From Candidatus Brocadiia bacterium (GTDB taxonomy: Bacteria; Planctomycetota; Brocadiia; CAIUPP01): DNA of 64,000 bases. The notes below the pieces were generated by a model, which saw only the letters and a list, made by a program, of their open reading frames with translations, had not been told where the DNA came from and ran no database searches. The stretch is from positions 52,036 to 116,035 of the forward strand of contig JBEKCB010000012.1 of the NCBI GenBank assembly GCA_050015075.1. Direction: 5' to 3'. Within the stretch, counting starts at the first letter, position 1. Each line of letters starts with the position of its first letter. The position numbers and the translations under genes are program-made. Positions 9,251 through 17,337 of this stretch are shown here, piece after piece.

Positions 9251-10227
9251 TTCGAGTCCTCCAGGACCATCAGGCTCCTCCGGTTGGCCGGCCGCGATCG
9301 AGGACCGGAGGTGCGGCCGCCGTGGCAGGGGCAAGCGCGGTAAATGCACCTTCCGACATAGGTCAAAGGCAATTCCGCCGGCGGCCGCTCGGCTCTTCCC
9401 GCCACCAGCACGCCTCCGGGCGCGAGGACCGAAATCAGCCCCTGCCACACCGCCGCGGCCGCGTCGGCTTTCAGGTAGATGCCCATGTTTCTCCACAGGA
9501 TCACGTCCCAAGGGCCTTGCTCGATGCGCCGGCCCAGGTCCGCGACTTTCCAGTGGGCGCGACGGCGGAGCGGCTCGACCGGCCGCCATGCGCCGCCGGC
9601 CGCCTCAAAGTATTTGCGGCGGACCGGCGCGGCGACCTTCCCCAGGTCGTGGGAATTGTATAGAGCCGCCGCTGCCTCTTCAATCGCATCGTGGCGGCAG
9701 TCGCTGCCCAGGAGGAAACTGCCCTCCAGCAGGCCGGCCTCCGCCAGCAGAATCGCAAGGCTGTACAGCTCCGCGCCGCTGGAACAGGCCGCGCTCCAGA
9801 CCCGTAACGGCCGGCTGCGGCGCGCCAGCTTCGGCAGCGCTTCGGTCCGCAACGTTTCGTACACCGGGGCATCGCGAAAGAATTCCGTTGTGCCGATCAG
9901 CAGCGCGCTGACGGCGACGGGCAGCAACTCGGGCCGCTCTTCCAGAATCCGCCGGGCTTGCGCCTCGGTATGGGCGTGCAACGCCCGCAGGCAGGCGGAG
10001 AGCCGTCGCCGCAGGGGTTCGCCGCGATACCCCTCGACGGCCAGGCCGGCGCGCTCGAAAACCCACGAGGCGAATGCGCCGGGCGGTTCAGAAGAGTTCG
10101 CAGCAACAGGGAGGGCCTGCGGCAAAGGGGCATTGGACCGCTCGGCGTGCCGGGGAGCCGTGGCAGCCGGCCGGCCGGCGAACCTCACGTATCGCAATGT
10201 GTCTGCCCCTGAAGCCAGCTTGTTCAC
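9247..10227 (-). CDS. cheR: CheR-family protein-glutamate O-methyltransferase
   Basis: IGTTEFFRD, RVWSAACSSGAELYSLAILL, WDVILWRNMGIY, LAPGGVLVAGRAE. The exact start is uncertain. Confidence 0.85.
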   Translation of the reverse strand: MNKLASGADTLRYVRFAGRPAATAPRHAERSNAPLPQALPVAANSSEPPGAFASWVFERAGLAVEGYRGEPLRRRLSACLRALHAHTEAQARRILEERPELLPVAVSALLIGTTEFFRDAPVYETLRTEALPKLARRSRPLRVWSAACSSGAELYSLAILLAEAGLLEGSFLLGSDCRHDAIEEAAAALYNSHDLGKVAAPVRRKYFEAAGGAWRPVEPLRRRAHWKVADLGRRIEQGPWDVILWRNMGIYLKADAAAAVWQGLISVLAPGGVLVAGRAERPPAELPLTYVGRCIYRACPCHGGRTSGPRSRPANRRSLMVLEDSK

Positions 10228-10441
10228 GTGCCGTAACCAACCTCGCTCGATGCCTGCATGCGCTTGGAGTGACGATCAAGGTTTGTGCGGTCGTTGATAC
10301 CGTACGCAGTTGCTCAGTCCCCAATGTTCCCGGATGGGCGCCTCACTTTCCCAATAGGAATTCGTGCGATATTACCAGAAAAGTGAATGCAAGTATAGAG
10401 GCAAGCGACGATGCGGGATAAGTGGCGGGAGTTTTTAAGGG

Positions 10442-10477
10442 AAGGGCCGACAAGGCTCAGAAACCTTGCCGGTCCTT
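10442..10477 (-). terminator. Stem-loop downstream of the Spy-like gene
   Basis: AAGGACCGGCAAGG-tttctgag-CCTTGTCGGCCCTT on the - strand, just after the stop codon. Confidence 0.55.
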
Positions 10478-10484
10478 TGTGAAG

Positions 10485-11096
10485 TTACTGCGGATTAGCC
10501 GGAGGATTAGCCGGAGGCGGTCCGCCGGGGAAACCCATGGGGCCATGCCCCATCATGCGTCCGCCCCATGCATGCTGCATCATGTGTCCGCGCCACGGGT
10601 GATGATGCTCGAGGTGTTTCTGCAGCTCGGACATCTTCGTCTGCTGCTCCGGCGTGAGGGCGTTCTTGATCCCGATGAGCATCCCCAGAGTCGAGAGCTT
10701 GAGATCGTTCTCGATCTTCAGCACCTTCTCTGTTTGCGCGAGGATGGCTTTCTCGTCGGGCTTGGCCTCCTTCAGGAGATCCGCAAGCATGCCCTTCTGA
10801 ATGCTCTGGTCCCACCGCAGTTCCGTCTTGTGCTCTGCGAACTTCACCATCTCCGACTTGATGGTTTTCTGCTGGTCGGGCGTCAGGCCGAGATCCTTCT
10901 GATAGCGCATCACCAGTTCGGGGCAGAAAAAGTTTGCGCCCATCATATCGCCGCGGCAGCTTCCCGCCTCACATTTGCCCTCCATTGCGGGCTTCTGGCC
11001 GGGGTCCAATGCGACCGGCGGCGATGTCATCGGTTGAGCCCATGCGGTTGCGGCGACGATCAGTGCTACGGCTATGGTACGAAATTGAGTAATCAT
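10485..11096 (-). CDS. Spy/CpxP-like periplasmic protein (LTxxQ motifs)
   Basis: Signal peptide (ATAWA|Q), LTPDQQ and LTPEQQ motifs, His/Met/Gly/Pro-rich tail, GAAAGGAG RBS. Confidence 0.8.
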   Translation of the reverse strand: MITQFRTIAVALIVAATAWAQPMTSPPVALDPGQKPAMEGKCEAGSCRGDMMGANFFCPELVMRYQKDLGLTPDQQKTIKSEMVKFAEHKTELRWDQSIQKGMLADLLKEAKPDEKAILAQTEKVLKIENDLKLSTLGMLIGIKNALTPEQQTKMSELQKHLEHHHPWRGHMMQHAWGGRMMGHGPMGFPGGPPPANPPANPQ

Positions 11097-11224
11097 GGGG
11101 GTTCTCCTTTCAGAAAACCCGCGTCAATCCTGAGTTTCTCATTTCCCTGTCCTCCCACGGACAGTTGCCTTTCTAATAAAAGAGTATGCCACGGGAGCGC
11201 CGGTGTCAAAGAATTTTCGGCGGG

Positions 11225-11620
11225 TCATTTGCCGTAGACGTGCACAGTCGCGGACTTGTAGATTCCGAGGATTTCGAGCAGCTCATAGTCGGCGTAGTAG
11301 ACCGTCTCGATGCCGGCGTCGCGCGCGGCGCTGTCGAGGGCCGCATCGCCCCAGCCGGCGCTCAGGATGTGGAAGGTGTCCACTATCGGCAGGATGAAGG
11401 CATGCACCGTTGTCTCGCCATGCTTCACGTCCGGTCCGCAAGGCACGCCGCCGGGCGCTTCCTCCAGACGGCAAGTCATCGGCGCGCGGTAGTGCGTGAA
11501 GATGAAACCTTTAGCCGGCGTCACCCCGATATGTTCGGTGGCGGCGCATCCGCCAAGGAACGATCCCGCTGTCCCGAGCGCCAGGAGCAGCAGACATCGA
11601 ATCGTTACGGACATCTCCAT
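11225..11620 (-). CDS. TRL-like family lipoprotein
   Basis: Lipobox LGGC; GFIFTHY, GWGDAALDSAARDAGI, ILGIY..VHVYG. Confidence 0.8.
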   Translation of the reverse strand: MEMSVTIRCLLLLALGTAGSFLGGCAATEHIGVTPAKGFIFTHYRAPMTCRLEEAPGGVPCGPDVKHGETTVHAFILPIVDTFHILSAGWGDAALDSAARDAGIETVYYADYELLEILGIYKSATVHVYGK

Positions 11621-11636
11621 TCTCCGATCCGCGCGA

Positions 11637-11954
11637 TCAGTCGCCGCGCACGATGGTGGTGTATCGCTGATAGAGGCCGAGGATGCTGAACATCTGGTAG
11701 TTCAACTGCTTGACTTCGCTGATGCCGGCATCGCGGGCGGCGGCGGTGACGGAGGAGTCGCCCCAACCGACCAGGAAGAGCAGCGTGTAGGTGGAGGCGC
11801 GCCCTTCCTTGCTGCCGATCTCTTTCCCGCCGAAGAGCGGCGCCTTCTGGTCGTTATAAAGAATGCCGCGCGGCGGCACGACCGGCGCCATCGCGCAGCC
11901 GGAAAGCATTACGCCGATCAACAGCGCCGCTGCGAGGAAGGTGTTTCGCCGCAT
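11637..11954 (-). CDS. TRL-like family lipoprotein
   Basis: Lipobox LSGC; GSKEGRAS, GWGDSSVTAAARDAGI, ILGLYQRYTTIVRGD. Confidence 0.85.
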   Translation of the reverse strand: MRRNTFLAAALLIGVMLSGCAMAPVVPPRGILYNDQKAPLFGGKEIGSKEGRASTYTLLFLVGWGDSSVTAAARDAGISEVKQLNYQMFSILGLYQRYTTIVRGD

Positions 11955-11994
11955 GATATGCCTTTCATAAATGTGACCGGGATTGCGGAGCGCC

Positions 11995-12126
11995 AGGACC
12001 CGCCGCGATGGAATCCACCTGCCATATTGGCCCTCTCAGGAGCGCTGCGAGGAAGGTGGAACTTACCTCCGGCTGAATCCGCTGCCGTCAGCCTGTGATT
12101 ACCAGAAGGCCAAGGCGAAGTCAAGC
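11995..12126 (-). pseudogene. 5' remnant (promoter, leader and first codons) of a B-type secreted paralog
   Basis: Aligns with about 36530..36660: TTGACT-N15-GGTAATC...GCAGCGGATTC...AAGTTCCA...GAGAGGGCCAAT ATG(12025). The start reads MAGGFHRG here and MSHGLHCG in the intact copy, then similarity stops. Confidence 0.7.
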
Positions 12127-12138
12127 CACGGGCTGAAC

Positions 12139-12167
12139 TTGACGCGGCCGGCCTTTGCCGTCAAAAT
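12139..12167 (+). promoter_or_regulatory. Sigma70-like promoter TTGACG-N17-CAAAAT
   Basis: Lies upstream of the AcsB-like gene and contains the inverted repeat TTGACG...CGTCAA. Confidence 0.55.
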
Positions 12168-12228
12168 GGATATCGGACGCGCGACCGTTGCGCATACCTC
12201 TGTCGCTGCCTATCAGGAGATGCAATTC

Positions 12229-14130
12229 ATGGACGGACACGGACCGGCCCGCGAGAAGAGTTCCCACACCCATTCCGCCGGCACGCACCTGCCCGCGGCG
12301 GCGCAAGGCATCCTGGAGCGCGGGCTCGACGAACTCCTCCGCCTGACCGACGGCATGGAATATCGCCCGCTGCCTTCGGACATTTATCCCTTCCCGCTCA
12401 CGCGCGCCGTCTACGCCGAGATGCCGTCGCCGGAATCCGTCCGCGCGGATGTCCGGTCGCGCCTGCGCTCCGATCCCGTCAGCGTCCTGGAATACGCCCT
12501 GGCGCTGCTCGAACTATACGAGTGCAACCAAGCCGACATCGCCGACCACTTCCTGGCCGACATGCCGTTCATCCACACCTGCTTCAACTCGAAGCGCTGC
12601 AACGGGTGGATCGCCCTGATGGGCGCGATGGACCGCACGGCGATGGAGACGGCGATCAACCGCCGCTGGCAATTCAAATTCTTCAGCGGCCGGCCGGCGC
12701 CGACCGGCATCTACGCCCTGCTGAGCATGCTCGCGCGATACGGCTTCGTGTACGGCCGCATCCCCTTCGGCGACGTGCACGCGCTCTCGCACTTCGTGGA
12801 GGAATTCACCCCGGGCCTCATCGTCGCGCACGGCGCGATGAGCGACCTCGAATTGACGCTCTCGCTCGCGGCGATGAAGATGGGCATTCCCGCGATCGTC
12901 CCGGCGGCCTATCCTTTCCCGCTCGGACGGTCCGTCCGCTCGGACGACCCGGAGGAAATCGCCGAGGCGGTCACCGTATTTCCGAACATCCGCAAGCTGC
13001 TCCCGATGCCCGAACTCCCGCCCCTGCCGGACTACTGCGACCCGGAAAACCAGAAACAGGAGTTCCGGCCCCATCTCACCTGGGGCGGAACGCCGGAGAG
13101 TTTCTGCGTGGTCCGCAAGGGCCGCGTGAAATCCACCGGTGTGCGCGTGCGCGGCAAGCCCAACGGCAACGTCGGGATCGTGGTGACGATCCAGGCGGAG
13201 CCGATGGACGCCTTCGACCGGCGCTACATCGAATCCATGATGCTCGGCGCGCTCTCCATGATCCGCGGCGTCAAGGCCAGGCTCGACGGCGACTCGTTCG
13301 CCATTGACCTTGCCGAGGGGACCGATCTCGCGCCCGTCCAGATCGGCGATACGCTGATCGCGACCATCCGCCGAACCTGGCCGCGCCTGGACCGGGTCCA
13401 GGTGGAGGTGATCTTCGATCCTGCCGAGCTGAAGCTGGCCGAGCCGCTCGTCCGCGCCGAGAAGGCGCAGCGTTCCCGCGAGATCGCCGCGGCCACCGAG
13501 GAGAACGCGGACCGCTTCTATCAGTGCGTCGGCTGCTCGCCCTTCGCCCCGGACCACGTCTGCTGCCTCACGCCCGAGCGCGCCCCGCAATGCGCGCGGC
13601 CTTACGAGATGATCAAGACCGGCGCGCTCTACGGCTTTGACGACGTGACGAACATCCACCACAGCGCGCTGCACCGCGAGATCAACTCGTTCCGCGTCGT
13701 TGAAAAAGGGCGCTGCCTGGACCTGGTCCACGGCGAGTGGGAAGGACTCAACGCCGCCGCCGCGCAGCTCAGCCGCGGGCGCACCACGCGCATCCGCCTG
13801 CACTCCCTCGAAGGATTTCCCCACACCGGCTGCGGCTGCTTCCGGATGATCATGTTCAAGACCGAGCTGCCCCGGCCCGGAATCGGCATCATGAACAGCG
13901 GCTACGGCGGACGCGCGCCGGACGGCCGGACCTGGCGCGACCTGCACTATGCCCTCGGCGGCAAGCAGACCGCCGGCCTGGCCGGCGCCGCGCCCTCGTA
14001 CCTGCATTCCCCGAAATTCCTCAAGGCGCACGGCGGATGGAGCAGCGTCGTGTGGGTCAGCCCCAAGATCGCCGCCGCCGCGGGCAATGCACTGCCCGAG
14101 GGCGTCGAGGTCGGTCCGGAGGACGGCTGA
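12229..14130 (+). CDS. Divergent acetyl-CoA synthase (AcsB/CdhC)-like Ni-Fe-S protein
   Basis: FYQCVGCSPFAPDHVCCLTPERAPQC, GEWEGLN, FPHTGCGCF and SPKFLKAHGGWSSVVWV match the ACS A-cluster domain. DRVQVEV matches the middle domain. AGGAG RBS precedes ATG 12229. Confidence 0.85.
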   Translation: MDGHGPAREKSSHTHSAGTHLPAAAQGILERGLDELLRLTDGMEYRPLPSDIYPFPLTRAVYAEMPSPESVRADVRSRLRSDPVSVLEYALALLELYECNQADIADHFLADMPFIHTCFNSKRCNGWIALMGAMDRTAMETAINRRWQFKFFSGRPAPTGIYALLSMLARYGFVYGRIPFGDVHALSHFVEEFTPGLIVAHGAMSDLELTLSLAAMKMGIPAIVPAAYPFPLGRSVRSDDPEEIAEAVTVFPNIRKLLPMPELPPLPDYCDPENQKQEFRPHLTWGGTPESFCVVRKGRVKSTGVRVRGKPNGNVGIVVTIQAEPMDAFDRRYIESMMLGALSMIRGVKARLDGDSFAIDLAEGTDLAPVQIGDTLIATIRRTWPRLDRVQVEVIFDPAELKLAEPLVRAEKAQRSREIAAATEENADRFYQCVGCSPFAPDHVCCLTPERAPQCARPYEMIKTGALYGFDDVTNIHHSALHREINSFRVVEKGRCLDLVHGEWEGLNAAAAQLSRGRTTRIRLHSLEGFPHTGCGCFRMIMFKTELPRPGIGIMNSGYGGRAPDGRTWRDLHYALGGKQTAGLAGAAPSYLHSPKFLKAHGGWSSVVWVSPKIAAAAGNALPEGVEVGPEDG

Positions 14131-14152
14131 GGCTCCTCCGACTCTCTCGAAC

Positions 14153-15670
14153 TCACCGTTGCCACGCCATGAGCTTCGCGAAGAGGCCCTTCCAGAACGG
14201 CGTCAACCGCGCGCGGCTGCACGCATCGGCCGCGCGCTTGATCCCTTCGGCCTGGGTCGGATAGGGATGGATCACGCCGCCGATGGCCCGCAGGCCCAGC
14301 CCGCCGGCCATCGCCACGCTGATCTCGCTGATCATCTCGCCGGCGTGCGGGGCGACGATCGTCGCACCGAGAATCCGGTCCGTTCCCTCCCGCACCTGGA
14401 TCTTCACGAACCCTTCCGTCTCTCCGTCGAGGACCGCCCGGTCCACGTCGTCGAGAGGAACGCTGAAGGTGGCGACCGCGATCCCCTGCTCCTTCGCATC
14501 GCGCTCGTACAGGCCCACGTGCGCGATTTCCGGATCGGTGTAGGTGCACCACGGAACCGTCAGCGCGCTCAACCGCTTGCGGCCCCAGAAGAGGGCGTTC
14601 TGGATGACGATGCGCGCGCTGGCGTCGGCCGTGTGCGTGAACTTGTGGCTGAGGCAGACGTCGCCGGCGGCGTAGATCCGCGCGTTGGCCGTCTGCAGGC
14701 GGTCGTTGACGGCCACCCCGGCGCGGCTGTCGAAGCGCACGCCGACGCGCTCCAGGCCCAGGTCCTCCACGTTCGGCGCGCGGCCCGCGCCGACGAGAAT
14801 TTCGTCAACCGCGATGTCCTGCGGCCGGCCCTCGGTCACGGTATGGAGCACTTTTCCCGCCGCCGACCGCTCGACGCGCTGGACCTCGGTGTTGAGGAGC
14901 ATGCGGATTCCATCGCGGCGGAAGGACTCGGCGAGGATCCGCGCCGCGTCGGGGTCTTCACGCGCCAGGAACTGGCCGTGCCGCTCGATGATCGTCACCT
15001 CCGACCCGAGTCGTTGGAACGCCTGCGCCAGCTCGCAGCCGAGCGGGCCCGCGCCGAACACCGCCAGCCGCGCCGGGCGCTCCGTGAGCGAAAAGACGTT
15101 CTCGTTGGTGAGGAACCCGGCCTCCACTAATCCCGGCACCGGCGGATGCACCGCACGCGCGCCGGTGGCGATGACCGCCTTGCGGAAGCGCAGTGTCCGG
15201 CCTTCCACCTCCACGGCATCCGCCGAGACGAAGCGCCCCTGCCCGAAGAACAGGTCCACGCCGAGGCTGCGCACCCGTTCGGCGGAATCGTGAAGGCTGA
15301 TCCGGCTTCGCAGCCGACGCATGCGCTCCATCACCGCCGCAAAGTCCGCCTGCGGCCGGCCGTCTCGAACTCCATAGGCCTCCGCGTCGCGGAGACCGGC
15401 GACGGCGCGCGAGGAACGGATCAGGCATTTGGAGGGCACGCAGCCAACATTCAGGCAGTCGCCGCCGAGGAGATGACGTTCGACGAGCGCCACCTTCGCC
15501 CCCAGCCCGGCGGCGCCGAGCGCGGTGACCAGCCCGGCCGTGCCCGCCCCGAGCACCACGAGGTTATAGCGCGGCGCGGGCGCGGGATTGGCCCAGGCCG
15601 GCGGATGCACGTTGGCGACGAGCGCCTCGTTATGCGCGTCCCGCGGCAGCACCGCAACGGGTTCATCCAT
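14153..15670 (-). CDS. Class I pyridine nucleotide-disulfide oxidoreductase (mercuric reductase-like/LpdA family)
   Basis: GAGTAG, GGDCLNVGCVPSK, GAGPLGCE, IYAAGD, HPYPTQAE. No C-terminal Cys-Cys. Confidence 0.9.
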   Translation of the reverse strand: MDEPVAVLPRDAHNEALVANVHPPAWANPAPAPRYNLVVLGAGTAGLVTALGAAGLGAKVALVERHLLGGDCLNVGCVPSKCLIRSSRAVAGLRDAEAYGVRDGRPQADFAAVMERMRRLRSRISLHDSAERVRSLGVDLFFGQGRFVSADAVEVEGRTLRFRKAVIATGARAVHPPVPGLVEAGFLTNENVFSLTERPARLAVFGAGPLGCELAQAFQRLGSEVTIIERHGQFLAREDPDAARILAESFRRDGIRMLLNTEVQRVERSAAGKVLHTVTEGRPQDIAVDEILVGAGRAPNVEDLGLERVGVRFDSRAGVAVNDRLQTANARIYAAGDVCLSHKFTHTADASARIVIQNALFWGRKRLSALTVPWCTYTDPEIAHVGLYERDAKEQGIAVATFSVPLDDVDRAVLDGETEGFVKIQVREGTDRILGATIVAPHAGEMISEISVAMAGGLGLRAIGGVIHPYPTQAEGIKRAADACSRARLTPFWKGLFAKLMAWQR

Positions 15671-16412
15671 GGCCGTCTTTCCCTTCCTCAACGGCGGCCG
15701 GCTTGCCGCCCGCCGCCTGCCGCAGCGCCTTGCGCGCGATGCGCACGATGAGAACGCCGACCGCCACGGCGATGACCAGTCCGCCCCAGAACAAAATCCG
15801 CTGCGCTGCCGACTGCGGTCCGCCTCCGACCGCCGCGTCGGCCAGGCTGCGCGCCGCCGAACCGATGTACACGTACACGACCGTCCCCGGCAGCATGCCG
15901 ATCCACGAGGCCAGCGCGTAGCTGCGGAACCGCACGCGCGTCAAGCCGAAGGCGTAGTTGAGCAGGTTGAACGGGAAGACCGGGCTGAGGCGCGTCAGCA
16001 GGACGATCTTGAAGCCCTCGCGCCCGACCGCTTCATCAATTGCGGCGAACTTCGCGTTGCCGCCGATCTTCTTCGCCACCCACCCGCGCGCCACCGTGCG
16101 CCCGACCCAGAACGCCGCGCACGCGCCGAGCGTGGCGCCAATGGAGACGGTCACCGTGCCGAGGGCGAGCTTGAAGAGGAACCCGGCGCCGATCGTCAGG
16201 ATGGACCCGGGCAGGAACAGGAGGCACGCGACGATGTAGAAGAGCACGACGACCACCGGCCCCCAGAATCCCAGGCTCTGCGTCCACGCCAGCAGGGCGA
16301 GGAGATACTCCTTCAGCGGCAGGAACTTACCCGCCGCCACCAGGCCGGCGACCACCACGACCACGACGGCCACCCGCCACCAGGCGCTCGTGCCACCCTT
16401 GCTCTCGGGCAT
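15663..16412 (-). CDS. TVP38/TMEM64 (SNARE-associated, DedA superfamily) membrane protein
   Basis: FLPGSILTIGAGFLF, TRLSPVFPFNLLNYAFGLT, GMLPGTVVYVYIGS. Confidence 0.92.
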   Translation of the reverse strand: MPESKGGTSAWWRVAVVVVVVAGLVAAGKFLPLKEYLLALLAWTQSLGFWGPVVVVLFYIVACLLFLPGSILTIGAGFLFKLALGTVTVSIGATLGACAAFWVGRTVARGWVAKKIGGNAKFAAIDEAVGREGFKIVLLTRLSPVFPFNLLNYAFGLTRVRFRSYALASWIGMLPGTVVYVYIGSAARSLADAAVGGGPQSAAQRILFWGGLVIAVAVGVLIVRIARKALRQAAGGKPAAVEEGKDGHG

Positions 16413-16427
16413 GTCACCCTCGCGGTA

Positions 16428-17252
16428 TCATTTCTGTTCGTTCAGGGACCAGTCGTAGTCGAGGTAGGAAATCGAATAGTTCCCCGAGGACACGCGCGCC
16501 GCGTCCTCTTTGCCCAGATATCCGCTGATGAAGTGGAGCACCGCCCGCTGCGCGGCGGAATGATCGCCGTAGCCCTGGTCCACTCCGTACCTGGCCACGA
16601 AGTCCTCGCCGAACCACTTGAAGATCGAAGAGAGGTAAACCGTGCCGCCGTCCGCGGCGACGCGGAACTTCAGCGGGTTGGACAGGAAGCGCCTGGCCTG
16701 GTCGTCCAACTGGTCGCCGAGCCGGTCGCCCGCGTACGGCTCGTTGCGCAGCGGCGGGCAGCCCATGGCTGCGCAGACGAGCGCCATGTGGATGCGCGGC
16801 TCGTGGAACTCCTTGCGCAGCACTCCGTGCTCGATCCCATCCAGCGTCATCGGCTGGCCCATCACCGAGAACTGCAGCCCGTCCCAGGCTCCGCTGATCT
16901 GGCGGATGCTGTTCTTGGGGTAGCGCAGGCTGGTCAGGAACGAGGACTGGATCGGGTAGTGGGTGATGATCGCCTGCAGCGTGCACGCGTTGTACGCGTT
17001 GAGCCAGAAGGCGATCTTCGCCGGCTCCGTCCAGCCGTCGTAAGTCGCGCGGTTCAGCCCGGCGAGCGAGCTTACGAACGAATCGAGCTTTTCGCTGTGG
17101 GACTTGAGTTCTGCATAGTTCACCATACCGTTATCGTTCACGTACGTCTTGAGCGCGTCGGCGTAGTCGCCATAGGAAAAAGTCTGTGCCTGCACGGCGC
17201 CCGCGAGCGCCGCGACGACCACGAAAGCAGCGGCCGGGATTGAACGCTTCAT
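16428..17252 (-). CDS. DUF547 domain secreted protein
   Basis: Signal peptide; VNYAELK, AFWLNAYNA, TLDGIEHGVLR, EPRIHMALVCAAMGCPPL, SSIFKWFGEDF, YDWSLN. Confidence 0.92.
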   Translation of the reverse strand: MKRSIPAAAFVVVAALAGAVQAQTFSYGDYADALKTYVNDNGMVNYAELKSHSEKLDSFVSSLAGLNRATYDGWTEPAKIAFWLNAYNACTLQAIITHYPIQSSFLTSLRYPKNSIRQISGAWDGLQFSVMGQPMTLDGIEHGVLRKEFHEPRIHMALVCAAMGCPPLRNEPYAGDRLGDQLDDQARRFLSNPLKFRVAADGGTVYLSSIFKWFGEDFVARYGVDQGYGDHSAAQRAVLHFISGYLGKEDAARVSSGNYSISYLDYDWSLNEQK

Positions 17253-17337
17253 GACCCACGCCCCCTTTCCGGCGCGCATCGTCAGCCCCACGCTGAACGC
17301 ACGCGCGGCCCCAAGTCCCTCGGTTCACTCTCGCCGA

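Noticed and set aside
9251-9589. N-terminal extensions in the ORF track (kinase to 9589, beta-helix to 26715, hydA to 39277, ceramidase-like to 52328, B3 to 56870, cysN to 60701)
   Set aside because: They overlap upstream genes and read as non-protein-like sequence; internal starts with an RBS or translational coupling fit better.
10230-10440. Possible riboswitch or ncRNA in the cheR leader (also checked 52870..53240)
   Set aside because: No recognisable conserved riboswitch core by eye; an Rfam/Infernal scan would be needed to exclude one.
14153-15670. merA mercury-resistance call
   Set aside because: No C-terminal Cys-Cys, no N-terminal HMA domain and no other mer genes.
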